DNA of 64,000 bases from an uncultured Gemmatimonadales bacterium (GCA_963701965.1 OY969695.1:3168001-3232000); one strand, 5' to 3'; positions 1-10,210 are shown, numbered from the stretch's first letter. Numbers and translations: made by a program. Notes: generated by a model not told the origin, from the sequence alone.

Positions 1-468
1 GCGTGCACCGTCGAGCAATAGTCGTTGGCCCCGATCCAATCGATCTCGTCGACAGGAATCACCAGCGACCGCGTACCGACCCGCACGGCGAGGCGCATGG
101 CGCCCCGGGCCGGCAGCGCCGATCGGACCCGTCGCAATGTCTCCGCCAGCCGCGCGGCCGATATCGGCTTCGTGAGATAATCGAACACCGCGGCATCGTA
201 CGCGTCGAGCGCGTACTCCTCGTACGCGGTGGCCATGACGACGAGCGGCGGCGGTTCGACCTTGGCCGCCCGCACGATGTCGAAGCCGGTGATGCCCGGC
301 ATTCTTGATGTCGAGAAACACGACGTCGGGCGCCATCGCCTCGATGCGCGCGACCGCGTCGCGCCCGGTCAGCGCCTCGCCCACCACATCGACGTCGGGG
401 TGCCGGTCCAGCAGCGCCCGCAGCGCCACATGGGCCAGCGGTTCGTCGTCGATGAGCAAGACTCTCAT
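1..468 (-). CDS. LytTR-family response regulator (runs off window edge; 1-bp frameshift near 302)
   Basis: Hand translation: MRVLLIDDEPLA...PDVVFLDIK, one extra base, then MPGITGFDIV...ATAYEEYALDAYD...DYLTKP...IPVDEIDWIGANDY (REC followed by the start of a LytTR domain). ATG overlaps the upstream stop (ATGA). Confidence 0.85.
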   Translation of the reverse strand, partial: MRVLLIDDEPLAHVALRALLDRHPDVDVVGEALTGRDAVARIEAMAPDVVFLDIKNAGHHRLRHRAGGQGRTAAARRHGHRVRGVRARRVRCRGVRLSHEADIGRAAGGDIATGPIGAAGPGRHAPRRAGRYAVAGDSCRRDRLDRGQRLLLDGAR

Positions 469-1871
469 GGGTGGCGGACGCGGCCCATCCGGCGGACCGC
501 GGCGCGGATCTCGGTGTGGTCGAACGCCGTGAACCCAAAGATCAACCCCGGCCTCACGCGACGGATCGCGAGCGCCGAATGGGCCCGCGCGTCGACCTCC
601 ACGCCGGCGAGGGCCGTGACCCACGCGGCGTCGTCCGCGGATTCCGGGAGGAAGCCGGAGATGTTCATGCCACCATCGGCGTGCGGGAAGTCCAACGGGA
701 GACCGGTCTCGCGCACGGCCGTGAGAAACGTGTCGAGACGCGCGCCGTACTCCCGGCGACAGCGTCGGATGTGCGAGTAGTAGGCGCCCGTCTCCAGGAA
801 TTCGGCCGTCGTCGCCTGGTCCATCAGGCTCCCGTGATCGTCCATCGTCGCCCGCAGCTCGCCGAAGGGGCCGAGCAAGCTCCAGGGCAGGACCACATAC
901 CCCAAGCGAAGAGAGGGGAATAGCGTCTTGCTCATGGTCCCGACGTAGATCACACGACCGCCGGGGTCGAGGCTATGGAGGCTCGGCAACGGAGGGAAGC
1001 GATACCGGAACTCGGCGTCGTAGTCGTCTTCAATGATCCACGTGGCCGACTGCGCGGCCCAGCGAATGAGCTCCGTGCGACGCGCGACCGGCAAACAGGC
1101 TCCGGTGGGATATTGGCGCGACGGTGTGGTGTAGATGAGCGCGGCCTTCTTTCCGACGTTGGTCGGTGGCAACAGGCCCTGCGCATCGACCGCGACGGGT
1201 TGGATGGCGGCGCCGGCGCTGGTGAGCGCGCGCCGGGCGCCGCGATAGCCCGGATCCTCCATCAACGCGGTCGCGCCAGGCCGCAGGAGGATGTGCGCCA
1301 GCATGTAGAGGGCATGCTGTGAGCCGCTGGTGATAGCGATTTGCTGCCAATCGCAGCTCACGCCGCGCCGGTCGCGCAGATAGGAAGCGATGGCGCGCCG
1401 CAATACCGGAAGGCCGAGGGGCAGCTCGGACTGATACTGGAGGAGGGCGCCCCGATGCGTCTTGAGGGCGCGCCCGCGGACGCGATTCCAGAGCGCGAGG
1501 GGAAAGAGCCGCACATCGGGCCGGGACTCGCGGAACGGGCGCGCGGGCGCGACGCGTTCCAGCTGCGACTCGCGGGCCGCGCGGTCGCCCGCCGTCTGGG
1601 GCGCCGGCATCGACCCGAACGACTCGCAGACGAAGAGGCCGGAGCGTGGTCGGCTCTCCAGATATCCCTCGTCGACCAAGCGTTCGTAGGCGAGCGTGAC
1701 CGTATTCCGCGAGACGCGGAGATCGGCCGCGAGTTGCCGACTGGGGGGCACCGACTCGCCGGCGCCCAGATGACCGTCCTGGATCAACCCGCGAAGCTTC
1801 GCGGCCAGCTGCGACTGGAGCGGCGCGTGTCTCGAAGGCGAGAGGGCGATCGACGCGAGGGATTTCGGCAT
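465..1871 (-). CDS. MocR/GabR-family regulator (GntR HTH plus PLP aminotransferase domain)
   Basis: PPSRQLAADLRVSRNTVTLAYERL HTH; IIEDDYD; SKTLFPSLRLGY with the PLP lysine. Confidence 0.93.
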   Translation of the reverse strand: MPKSLASIALSPSRHAPLQSQLAAKLRGLIQDGHLGAGESVPPSRQLAADLRVSRNTVTLAYERLVDEGYLESRPRSGLFVCESFGSMPAPQTAGDRAARESQLERVAPARPFRESRPDVRLFPLALWNRVRGRALKTHRGALLQYQSELPLGLPVLRRAIASYLRDRRGVSCDWQQIAITSGSQHALYMLAHILLRPGATALMEDPGYRGARRALTSAGAAIQPVAVDAQGLLPPTNVGKKAALIYTTPSRQYPTGACLPVARRTELIRWAAQSATWIIEDDYDAEFRYRFPPLPSLHSLDPGGRVIYVGTMSKTLFPSLRLGYVVLPWSLLGPFGELRATMDDHGSLMDQATTAEFLETGAYYSHIRRCRREYGARLDTFLTAVRETGLPLDFPHADGGMNISGFLPESADDAAWVTALAGVEVDARAHSALAIRRVRPGLIFGFTAFDHTEIRAAVRRMGRVRHP

Positions 1872-1876
1872 GGGCG

Positions 1877-1921
1877 CTGGATCTATAGTGTCGCTCGAAT
1901 CTGGCTCTTGTCTAGGGCCAG
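1877..1921. promoter_or_regulatory. Putative MocR-type operator
   Basis: CTGGAT...CTGGCT direct repeat plus inverted GGCCAG in the short divergent intergenic region. Confidence 0.45.
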
Positions 1922-1942
1922 CGACCGACCATTTTGGCACCT

Positions 1943-2509
1943 ATGCATACTCTTCTCAAGGCGGCGCTGCTGGTCCTACCAGTCGCGCTCGGCGCGCAGA
2001 GCCCGGCGCCTGCCCCTCAACGCGACGGCTCCCACGATTTCGACTTTCTGATCGGGAACTGGAAGGTACACGTGCGCAGGCTGCCCGATCGCCTCAACGG
2101 CTCGACCAAATGGGACGTGTACGACGGGATCTCGAACCACAAGAAGGTGCTCGATACCAGCGCGAATTTCGAAGAGTTCAATGTCTATTCGGACGAGATC
2201 AAGCAGGGCATCAAGGGACAAACGCTGCGGATGTACAATCCGACGACGCACCAGTGGTCGATCTACTTGCTCGATCTCGACAAGGGCGAGCTCGACACCC
2301 CACCGGTGATTGGCCAGTTCACCCGCAACCGCGGCGAGTTCTACAATCAGGACTCGTTCAAGGGCCGAGCCATCTTCGTCCGCTATGTCTGGCTGAACAT
2401 CTCGCCGGCGTCGTCCCGCATGGAACAGTCATGGTCGGCCGACGGCGGCAAGACGTGGGAGGTGAACTGGATCTGTGAGCTCACGCGCGCTGAGACATCG
2501 GGGCGTTAG
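1943..2509 (+). CDS. Secreted beta-barrel protein (DUF1579-like)
   Basis: Signal peptide; HDFDFLIGNW and EQSWSADGGKTWEVNW motifs. Confidence 0.75.
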   Translation: MHTLLKAALLVLPVALGAQSPAPAPQRDGSHDFDFLIGNWKVHVRRLPDRLNGSTKWDVYDGISNHKKVLDTSANFEEFNVYSDEIKQGIKGQTLRMYNPTTHQWSIYLLDLDKGELDTPPVIGQFTRNRGEFYNQDSFKGRAIFVRYVWLNISPASSRMEQSWSADGGKTWEVNWICELTRAETSGR

Positions 2510-2954
2510 GGTAAGGGTCCAACAGCGCAACGGAGCCCGTTTCCAGGAGGGACTTGAGGTTGGAGAGGACCTTCGGCCACCCGCCGGACACCGCCTCGAT
2601 GAACTTCGAGGGGTCGCGTTCGATGGTGTGAGTAATGGAGAGCTTGACCGCCGGTCCCGTGGGCTCGAGCTCCATCGTGCAGAGGGAGTCGCCATCGGCC
2701 GCGAGCTCCGGCCTCCATTGATTCCGCCAGCGGATCACGAGACGCCGGGGCGGCTCGGCCTCCACGATTTCGCCGGCGTCCGCGATGCGCCCATCGGGGT
2801 ACCGCAAGGTCCACGAGGACCCTGCCGTCCACTGGCTTTCGCAGTGGCTCCCGAACCAATACTGCTTCATGAACTCCTCGTCGGTCAGCGCGGACCACAA
2901 CCGCTCCGGCGTGGTGCGGATATAGGTCACGTAGACAAAAGTCGATCTAGCCAT
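2481..2954 (-). CDS. SRPBCC/AHSA1 family protein
   Basis: YIRTTPERLWSALT...GWPKVLSNLKSLLETG. Confidence 0.92.
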   Translation of the reverse strand: MARSTFVYVTYIRTTPERLWSALTDEEFMKQYWFGSHCESQWTAGSSWTLRYPDGRIADAGEIVEAEPPRRLVIRWRNQWRPELAADGDSLCTMELEPTGPAVKLSITHTIERDPSKFIEAVSGGWPKVLSNLKSLLETGSVALLDPYPNAPMSQRA

Positions 2955-3282
2955 TGGCCTTCTCCAGTCGTCGTTTCAGATCGGCAATCGCCTTGAGGCG
3001 CGGCTTTTCGAACTTGGCAATCCAGCGCTCGTAGATCTCCTGGAGCGGTACGGGATTGAGGAAGTGCAGCTTTTCGCGGCCGCGCCGCACGGTGGCGACC
3101 AGGTTCGCTGCCTCCAGCACATCCAGATGCTGCGTCACGCCCTGCCGCGTCATGTCCAGGTGTTCACACAGCGCGTTGAGGGTGCGGCCGTCGTGTGCAT
3201 GCAGGAGGTCCAGCAGCGTGCGTCGGTTGGGATCGGCCAGGGCCTTGAACAGCAGATTCGTGTCATGAAGGGGCTCGGCCAT
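2947..3282 (-). CDS. ArsR/SmtB family regulator
   Basis: FKALADPNRRTLLDLL...MTRQGVTQHLDVLE; overlaps the SRPBCC gene. Confidence 0.92.
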   Translation of the reverse strand: MAEPLHDTNLLFKALADPNRRTLLDLLHAHDGRTLNALCEHLDMTRQGVTQHLDVLEAANLVATVRRGREKLHFLNPVPLQEIYERWIAKFEKPRLKAIADLKRRLEKANG

Positions 3283-3290
3283 GGACGCTA

Positions 3291-3342
3291 TAGGCAAGTA
3301 ATCACTGGCCTAATAATAGGCAAGTAGCGCCTTGCATGTCAA
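3291..3342 (-). promoter_or_regulatory. Sigma70-like promoter with tandem palindromic ArsR operators
   Basis: TTGACA-N18-TATTAT on the minus strand; TAGGCAAGT-N4-ACTGGCCTA (3291-3312) and a second TAGGCAAGT-N4-CCTTGCATG (3317-3338). Confidence 0.7.
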
Positions 3343-3503
3343 TGGCCGCGCGGCTCGTTGGGTCTCAGCCGCGAGACCAGTGGCGACCGTGACATGCGTG
3401 CCTCCTGATCAGTCGATGGCCAGAGTCGGGGAGCAGCGGCCCATCGTTGCTCCGACAAGGTCCACTCTTCCCATCCTTCCCCGACGACCGGTCGCGCGAA
3501 CTC

Positions 3504-4694
3504 ATGCGCCAGCAATTCCAGCCACCGGTCTCGATCGGCACCGGTCGATACGTGCGCGCCTTCGACGGTCTCCGCGGCGTCGCGATCCTACTGGTCCTCC
3601 TCCGCCACATCGGCGAAGACGCGCCGGCGAGACGGGTCGGCGGGTTGGTCTCGGCAGCCCTCGCTTCGGGATGGCTTGGTGTGGATCTGTTCTTCGTGCT
3701 GTCGGGCTTTCTCATCACCGGGATCCTGCTCGATGCGCGCGGCGACGAAGCTGAGCCCACCCAAGGCTTTTTCACGCACTTCTACGCCCGTCGCGCCCTG
3801 CGGATTTTCCCCGCGTACTATGTATTCCTCGCGCTGGTGATGTTCGTCGGGCGGCCCCCAATGCCACACGGGACGTGGTGGTACTGGACGTATGTCGCCA
3901 ACGTCTTGATCGCGCGGCATGGTTGGCCTCCCGGTGTGTGGGATACCGGCCATCTGTGGTCGCTCGCGGTCGAAGAGCAGTTCTATCTGGTGTGGCCGGC
4001 GATCATTGCGTGGACGCCGCGTCGGCGCCTGCCGGCGGTCTGTCTCTGCGTCATCCTCTCGGCGATCACGCTCCGAGCGGTGCTCGTCCACCAGGGCGCG
4101 GCACTCTCAGCCTACGTCCTGGCGCCGGCCCGAGCGGACACGCTCGTGTTGGGCGCGACGCTGGCGATCGCGCTCCGCGGTGGCGCCCGCGTGCGCGACG
4201 GGGTCAGGCGCGCCGCGCCCATCATCGGCTCGGTGGCGCTCGCCGTGCTCGGTGTGCTGTTCGTGACGCACCAGTTGGACCACCGCTTGTCCGCCGGCGG
4301 GCTCGTGTTGGGCAGTGCGGCCGCCTCGGTCGCCACGGCTGCGTGCATCGCGCGGATCAGCGCCGGGAGCCGCATCCGCCGCCTGTTCGAATGGCCACCA
4401 CTGGTGTCGTTCGGCATGTACAGCTACGTCATCTACCTCGTACAGCTGCCCGTCCGCGGCGCGCTGGGCCTCTGGCTCGGCGATCGCTTGGCCACGTGGA
4501 CGCCCGTGTCGGCTCTAGCGGTGGAAGGGATCCTCTTGGCGGGCCTGTCGTGGTGCATCGCGTGGGTTACCTGGCGCATCCTCGAGCAACCAATGTTGTC
4601 GCTCAAACGGTATGTGCCCATGCCGCATCATACGGATCCGAGGCTCGCCCCGGGCCTCGCGCTCCGCCAGCAAACGCAAGACAGCGCCGCGTGA
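3504..4694 (+). CDS. Acyltransferase family 3 (OafA/YrhL-like) membrane protein
   Basis: DGLRGVA, GVDLFFVLSGFLIT, RRALRIFPAY, HLWSLAVEEQFY motifs. Confidence 0.93.
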   Translation: MRQQFQPPVSIGTGRYVRAFDGLRGVAILLVLLRHIGEDAPARRVGGLVSAALASGWLGVDLFFVLSGFLITGILLDARGDEAEPTQGFFTHFYARRALRIFPAYYVFLALVMFVGRPPMPHGTWWYWTYVANVLIARHGWPPGVWDTGHLWSLAVEEQFYLVWPAIIAWTPRRRLPAVCLCVILSAITLRAVLVHQGAALSAYVLAPARADTLVLGATLAIALRGGARVRDGVRRAAPIIGSVALAVLGVLFVTHQLDHRLSAGGLVLGSAAASVATAACIARISAGSRIRRLFEWPPLVSFGMYSYVIYLVQLPVRGALGLWLGDRLATWTPVSALAVEGILLAGLSWCIAWVTWRILEQPMLSLKRYVPMPHHTDPRLAPGLALRQQTQDSAA

Positions 4695-4826
4695 GCTGGA
4701 CAGCGGCGCTGTGCGACGCTATGGTGATCGCGGGATCACCATGACGGGATCGGCGACTCCGAGACTTTCCATGCTCGACTATGCTGGGAATGGCACCCAG
4801 TCACCATCAGGCATGAGGGCGACCGA

Positions 4827-5258
4827 GTGAAGACACCACTGCGTTTCGTCATCTACATCGCGGCCACGCCGGAGCGGGTGTGGGAAGGATTCGTGTCACC
4901 GGTATCCAATCGCATCCTGTTCGGGGCCGAGCTGCAGGCGGACTTCAAGGTTGGCGGCTCCATAGCGTGGGTCGGACCGGGGCCCGATGGGAAGCCGGTC
5001 CAGTATGTCCATGGCGAGGTCCTACGCTGCGAGCCGCCGCGGGTTCTGCAATACACGTTCATCGTCGGCCCGTCGGACCAGACGTCGCGCGCGACGGTGG
5101 GGCTGGTCGCTGAGACCGAGGCGACGCAGGTGACCGTGACGCACGACCAGTGGGCCGACAATGATCCCGCATACGGGCCGACCGCCAATGGGTGGCCGCG
5201 CATTCTGTCGCGGCTCAAGACGCTCATCGAGACTGGGAAGACATTCAAGCCGCATTAA
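4827..5258 (+). CDS. SRPBCC/AHSA1 family protein
   Basis: IYIAATPERVW...GWPRILSRLKTLIETG; paralogous to 2481-2954. Confidence 0.9.
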   Translation: MKTPLRFVIYIAATPERVWEGFVSPVSNRILFGAELQADFKVGGSIAWVGPGPDGKPVQYVHGEVLRCEPPRVLQYTFIVGPSDQTSRATVGLVAETEATQVTVTHDQWADNDPAYGPTANGWPRILSRLKTLIETGKTFKPH

Positions 5259-5270
5259 GAGGAGTAGACC

Positions 5271-6209
5271 GTGGCCGAGCACCACTTGGAACGAGGCAAG
5301 GTGCACTACAAGTGGGACCGGGCGAATCCACCGGTCCTCGAGATCGACCCCGGCGACATCGTCCACTGCGAAACGCAGGAAGTGTCCGATGGGCAGATCC
5401 GACCCGGATCACCCGCCTCGGTGTTCTCGTCACTGGACTTCAACCGACTCTATCCGCTGGCAGGACCCATCTTTGTGCGGGGCGCCGAGCCCGGCGACGT
5501 GCTCCAGGTGGATATCCTGTCGCTGGCGACGCTCGATTGGGGGTGGGCGGGGATCATTCCTGGTCTCGGTCTCCTGGCCGAGGACTTCACGGAACCGTAC
5601 ATCCGGCACTTCGACCTGACGAACGGCGTCGATACCCCACTGCGGGCCGACATACGGATTCCCATTGCGCCATTCTGCGGCACGATGGGAGTCGCGACCG
5701 ACGAGCCCGGGTCGCACGACGTACTGCCGCCCACCAAAGGCGCCGGCAACATTGATACGCGACACCTGACGGCGGGCAGTACGCTATACCTTCCCGTGTT
5801 CGTGCGCGGGGCCCTGTTCTCGGCCGGAGACTGCCACGCCGCGCAAGGCGACGGCGAAGTGTGCGTCACCGGGATCGAAAGCCCCATGCGGTTCGATCTC
5901 CGGTTCTCCGTCCTCAAGGGCGTATCGTTACGCCCATGGCGCTATCACTTTCGCACCCCGCCCGGATCGCTCCAACCCAAATCCGACCGCGCCGGCTACT
6001 ACGCCACGACGGCCCTTGGCCCCGATCTCATGACCAACGCCAAGAACGCCGTCCGGGATCTCATCGAGTGGCTGGGCCGCGAGCGCGGACTGGATCCGCG
6101 CGACGCCTATGTCCTGTGCAGCCTCGCCGCCGATCTCAAAATCTCTCAAATCGTAGACCAACCCAACTGGGGCGTCTCGGCGTACTTCCCGCTCAGCGTG
6201 CTCTCGTAG
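5271..6209 (+). CDS. Acetamidase/formamidase family protein
   Basis: GPIFVRGAEPGDVL, PFCGTMGVA, GNID, GDCHAAQGDGEV; AGGAG RBS. Confidence 0.93.
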   Translation: MAEHHLERGKVHYKWDRANPPVLEIDPGDIVHCETQEVSDGQIRPGSPASVFSSLDFNRLYPLAGPIFVRGAEPGDVLQVDILSLATLDWGWAGIIPGLGLLAEDFTEPYIRHFDLTNGVDTPLRADIRIPIAPFCGTMGVATDEPGSHDVLPPTKGAGNIDTRHLTAGSTLYLPVFVRGALFSAGDCHAAQGDGEVCVTGIESPMRFDLRFSVLKGVSLRPWRYHFRTPPGSLQPKSDRAGYYATTALGPDLMTNAKNAVRDLIEWLGRERGLDPRDAYVLCSLAADLKISQIVDQPNWGVSAYFPLSVLS

Positions 6210-6361
6210 CGAGACATGAACGCCTCCTGGACCACACTCGCCGGCGCGAGGTTCCACGGCTCCACGTCGGCGGCCTCGAGCATCAACAATCGAGGCCAAA
6301 TCGTGGTCACGAGCGGCGATCCTTTCCTCGCGACCGCCACGCCGGCCAACACCATGCGCCA

Positions 6362-9300
6362 TTAGTCCGATACGGTGGAGTGCGCGAGGTCGACGGTGGC
6401 GGTGTCGTCGCGAGCAACGTTCCGCGTCGGCAACGCGAGGGTGAACGCCGCCCCCGCGCCCTGCACACTGCGCACGCGCAGCCCGCCGCCCATGCCCCGC
6501 GCCAAATCGCGGCTGATGGCGAGCCCCAGGCCCGTCCCGTGGCCGGAGCGCGTGAAGCTCTGATTGAGCTGCACGAACGGGTCGAAGATGCTCTCTTGCT
6601 TCTCGCGCGGGACCCCGATCCCGGTGTCGCGGACGCGGAGAAAGATCGTATCGGCGGGGGCGTTCTCCGGATGCTCATCGCGTCCCACGATCTCAATGAC
6701 GACGCGCCCGCCCGGCTCGGTGAACTTGACCGCGTTGGAGAGCAAGTTGATGAGAATCTGTACGAGCTTGTCGCGGTCGACGAGCGCCGTAGTGGCCGGT
6801 GGAATGGTCATACCGACCGTCAAGCTCTTGGCCGCGAGCTGCGGCTCCACGATCCGCACCACGTCGGACACGACCGGCGACAGCGGGACGTCCTCCAGAC
6901 GGTACTCGACGCGTCCCGCCTCCAGCTTCGCGTAGTTCAGGATGTCGTTGATGAGGGCCAGCAGATACTGCTCGCTGCGCTCGATCCGGTTCAACGCGTC
7001 GCGTTGGGCGTCGGTGAGCGCCCCGTGCACGCCCATATGCAGGAGCTGCGCGTGGCCCGCGATCGCGTTGAGCGGCGTCCGGAGCTCGTGGCTCATGACC
7101 GCCAGAAACTCCGACTTGGCCCGATTCGCCTCGTCCGCGCGCCGACGGGCCGCCTCGGCCTCCGCGCGCGCCGCCTCGATCGCCTCGCGCGCCCGCACCC
7201 GCGCCGAGATCTCCCGGAAATAGCAGACGACCCCGGCGCTGCCGTCGGGTAGCGGCAGCCGGTGGATCTGCCATTCGTAATACTCCCTGCGGCCGCGGTC
7301 CTCGCGGTCCTCGCTCCACTCCGGCGCGCTGTACGGCGCCCCAGTCGCCAGCGTGTGGTGGAACCGCGCCACCACTTCGTCGGCGAATTCCTTCGGCCAC
7401 AGGATGTGGATCACTTCGTCGAAGTCGCGGCCGATGAGATCGGGAATGTCGCCGAACACCTCGCGCGCCGTGGGATTCACCTCGATGATCCGGAACGCCC
7501 CGTCGACGAGATAGACGCCCATCGGGGCATCGTCGACGATGGCGCGCAGCTGCGCCTGCATGTGCCGGAGTGACGCCTCGGTGCCCCGCCGTTCCAGATA
7601 ATCCGCCGTCTGCCGCGCCAGAAGATCCATGAGGCGGAGCTCGCGGTCCGTCAGCCGCTGGTGCGTGGCGAAATGCGTGGAGATGAAGCCAAGGGGGGCG
7701 CCATTGTTGCCCACGAGTGGCGTCTGGCGGACGAGGGGCGTCTCGGCTCCACGCTGCACGGCGATGGTAAGTACACCGGTGACAGGGTCGACCAGCTGCA
7801 CATTCCCGTGGTCGGCCCCCGTGATCGCCATCGCGGCATCCAGGATGTGCAGCAGACACTCGTCCAACGACGACTCGGCGCGCGCGCACCGGACACCGAC
7901 TTCGTGCAGCCGTGTCATCGCGTCCAGATCCGCGGCGATACGCCGCTCGAACGACTGCCGGCTCCGGGCCATGGTCAACGTCGACGCGATGCGCGCCAAG
8001 AGCTCGCGGGCGCTGAACGGCTTGATGACGTAGTCATCGGCGCCGACATCGAGCCCATCGACCCGGGCTTCCTGGCCCGCCCGCGCCGAGAGCAGGATGA
8101 CCGGCATGTCCGCCAGCGCCGGGTCGGCGCGCACCGCGCGGACCAGCGCAAAGCCGTCCAGCATCGGCATCATGACGTCGCTCAAGAGCAGATCCGGACG
8201 CCGTGCCCGGAGCGCCGCGAGCGCGGCGGCGCCGTCGCCGACCGTCTGCACGTCGTAGCCTGGTGACAGGAGACGCGACACGTAGTGCCGCATGTCCGCG
8301 TTGTCGTCCGCGAACAGGATCATCGCCCGGTCGGCATCTTCGGTGCGCGACGGCGCGATCGGCAACAGATCCCGCTCGATATCCGCGAGCGAGTCGGCCC
8401 GGGCAGCGTCGGGCAGCCACCGCAAAGCTTCTTCGTGGTACGGTTGGGCGCCGAGCGCGGTCGAAACCAGTGTGCGTGTGGCCTGTAGCCGCTCGGATGG
8501 CAGGTGCGCGACGCCCAGCGGAACGCTGACCGTAAATCTGCTGCCTTCCCCCAGTGTGCTTTCGGCGCGCACCATGCCCCCGTGCAGCTTGACCAGCTCT
8601 TGCACGAGGGCGAGCCCGATCCCGGTGCCCTCGTGCGTGCGGCCACGCGCGCCCTCCACCCGGTGGAACCGATCAAAGAGCCTCGGCAACTCGGCGTCGG
8701 GAATGCCGGTTCCGGTGTCCTGCACGGTGAGGACCGCGTGCTCGCTTTCCTGTCGCACCCGCACCGCGATCTCGCCCTCGAATGTGAACTTGAACGCGTT
8801 GGAGACGAGGTTGAGCACGATCTTCTCCCACATATCGCGATCGACCCACACCGGATGGGGGAGGGGCGGGCAATCGACCGTGAGTCGCAGTCCCGCCTTG
8901 TCCGTCGCCGCGCGAAAGCCGCTGGCCAGGTCGGCGGTCAGCATCGCAAAGTCGACTGGCTCGTACGATGCCTCGACGCGCCCAGCCTCGATCCGCGAGA
9001 AGTCGAGAAGAGTGTTGACGAGACGGAGCAGGCGCAGGCCATTCCGGTGCACGAGCGCGAGATCGTCGCGACGGCCTGGCAACGCGTCCGCCGGCGCCGA
9101 GATCACATCTTCCAGTGGCCCGAGCATGAGCGCGAGGGGCGTGCGAAACTCGTGGCTCACGTTCGAGAAGAACGTCGTCTTGGCGCGATCGAGCTCCGCC
9201 AACGCCTCGGCGCGCTTCCGCTCCTCCTCATACGCGCGCGCATTGGCAATGGCGGTGGCGAGTTGGGCCGTCAGGAGCTCGAAGAAACTGTGGTACTGCT

Positions 9301-10210
9301 CGTCGAGCGCGAGCCGGGGACTCACCCCGGCGACGAGCACGCCGGCGGGACGGTTGGCGACAGTCGAGGGAATGACGGCGACGACCGCGGTCTCGGACGC
9401 ACCTCTGACCACCTGCACCTCGTGCGACCGGATCGCATCGAGCAGTGGCCACGGGCCGGCGCCGCTCGCGTCGGTGAGGTCGACCGTGACGGAACTCGAA
9501 GGAAGTCCAGGCTCGACGCCGGCCGCGCCGGCAAGGTGCGCGCGTTGCCCGTCGGCATCGATCAGATAGAGGAGCGCGAACGGCACGTCGCGCCCGTGCT
9601 TCGCCAGGATCTCGGCCGACGTCGCGCAGGCGGCGTTCGCGGTGCGTGCTTCGGCGAGCGCGCGCGCCCCCAGATCGCGGAGCACGCGCACCCGACGCGC
9701 GGCGATCACCTTCTCCGTGATCTCGTGCACGGTCGCCAGCACGCCGCCGATCCCGCGGGGGGCGGTGTCGTCCGGCACGGGACTGTAGGCGACCGTGAAA
9801 TGCGTTTCCTCGACGAACCCATGCCGGTTGATCTCGAGCTCCAGATCTTCCATCCACGTGGCGGGGCCGCCGTGGAACGGGGTGTCGATGAGGGGCCCGA
9901 TGATGTGCCAGATCTCCGACCAGCACTCGCGCGTCGGCTGACCCAGCGAACGCGGATGCTTGGTCCCGAGGATCGGCCGGTACGCATCGTTGTACAGCTG
10001 GATGTAGTCGGGGCCCCACCACAGTAGGAGCGGGAAGCGATTGGCCAAGAGAAAGCTGACCATCGTCCGCAAGGTCAGCGACCATTCGTCGACAGGGCCC
10101 AATGGCGTCGCGCTCCAATCGATCGAGCGCATCAATGCCCCCATCTCGCCGCCATTCGCGAGGAAGCGCGGTGCCGTGTCCGCCGGCATCGTGGCGCCCG
10201 CGTCGCTCAT
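6362..10210 (-). CDS. Hybrid sensor kinase with two HisKA/HATPase modules (PAS-like, GAF, HK, REC, GAF-like, PAS, HK)
   Basis: SHEFRTPL and SHELRTPL H-boxes, two G-box sets, REC with DDNADMR and SDVMMP; start uncertain. Confidence 0.92.
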   Translation of the reverse strand: MSDAGATMPADTAPRFLANGGEMGALMRSIDWSATPLGPVDEWSLTLRTMVSFLLANRFPLLLWWGPDYIQLYNDAYRPILGTKHPRSLGQPTRECWSEIWHIIGPLIDTPFHGGPATWMEDLELEINRHGFVEETHFTVAYSPVPDDTAPRGIGGVLATVHEITEKVIAARRVRVLRDLGARALAEARTANAACATSAEILAKHGRDVPFALLYLIDADGQRAHLAGAAGVEPGLPSSSVTVDLTDASGAGPWPLLDAIRSHEVQVVRGASETAVVAVIPSTVANRPAGVLVAGVSPRLALDEQYHSFFELLTAQLATAIANARAYEEERKRAEALAELDRAKTTFFSNVSHEFRTPLALMLGPLEDVISAPADALPGRRDDLALVHRNGLRLLRLVNTLLDFSRIEAGRVEASYEPVDFAMLTADLASGFRAATDKAGLRLTVDCPPLPHPVWVDRDMWEKIVLNLVSNAFKFTFEGEIAVRVRQESEHAVLTVQDTGTGIPDAELPRLFDRFHRVEGARGRTHEGTGIGLALVQELVKLHGGMVRAESTLGEGSRFTVSVPLGVAHLPSERLQATRTLVSTALGAQPYHEEALRWLPDAARADSLADIERDLLPIAPSRTEDADRAMILFADDNADMRHYVSRLLSPGYDVQTVGDGAAALAALRARRPDLLLSDVMMPMLDGFALVRAVRADPALADMPVILLSARAGQEARVDGLDVGADDYVIKPFSARELLARIASTLTMARSRQSFERRIAADLDAMTRLHEVGVRCARAESSLDECLLHILDAAMAITGADHGNVQLVDPVTGVLTIAVQRGAETPLVRQTPLVGNNGAPLGFISTHFATHQRLTDRELRLMDLLARQTADYLERRGTEASLRHMQAQLRAIVDDAPMGVYLVDGAFRIIEVNPTAREVFGDIPDLIGRDFDEVIHILWPKEFADEVVARFHHTLATGAPYSAPEWSEDREDRGRREYYEWQIHRLPLPDGSAGVVCYFREISARVRAREAIEAARAEAEAARRRADEANRAKSEFLAVMSHELRTPLNAIAGHAQLLHMGVHGALTDAQRDALNRIERSEQYLLALINDILNYAKLEAGRVEYRLEDVPLSPVVSDVVRIVEPQLAAKSLTVGMTIPPATTALVDRDKLVQILINLLSNAVKFTEPGGRVVIEIVGRDEHPENAPADTIFLRVRDTGIGVPREKQESIFDPFVQLNQSFTRSGHGTGLGLAISRDLARGMGGGLRVRSVQGAGAAFTLALPTRNVARDDTATVDLAHSTVSD

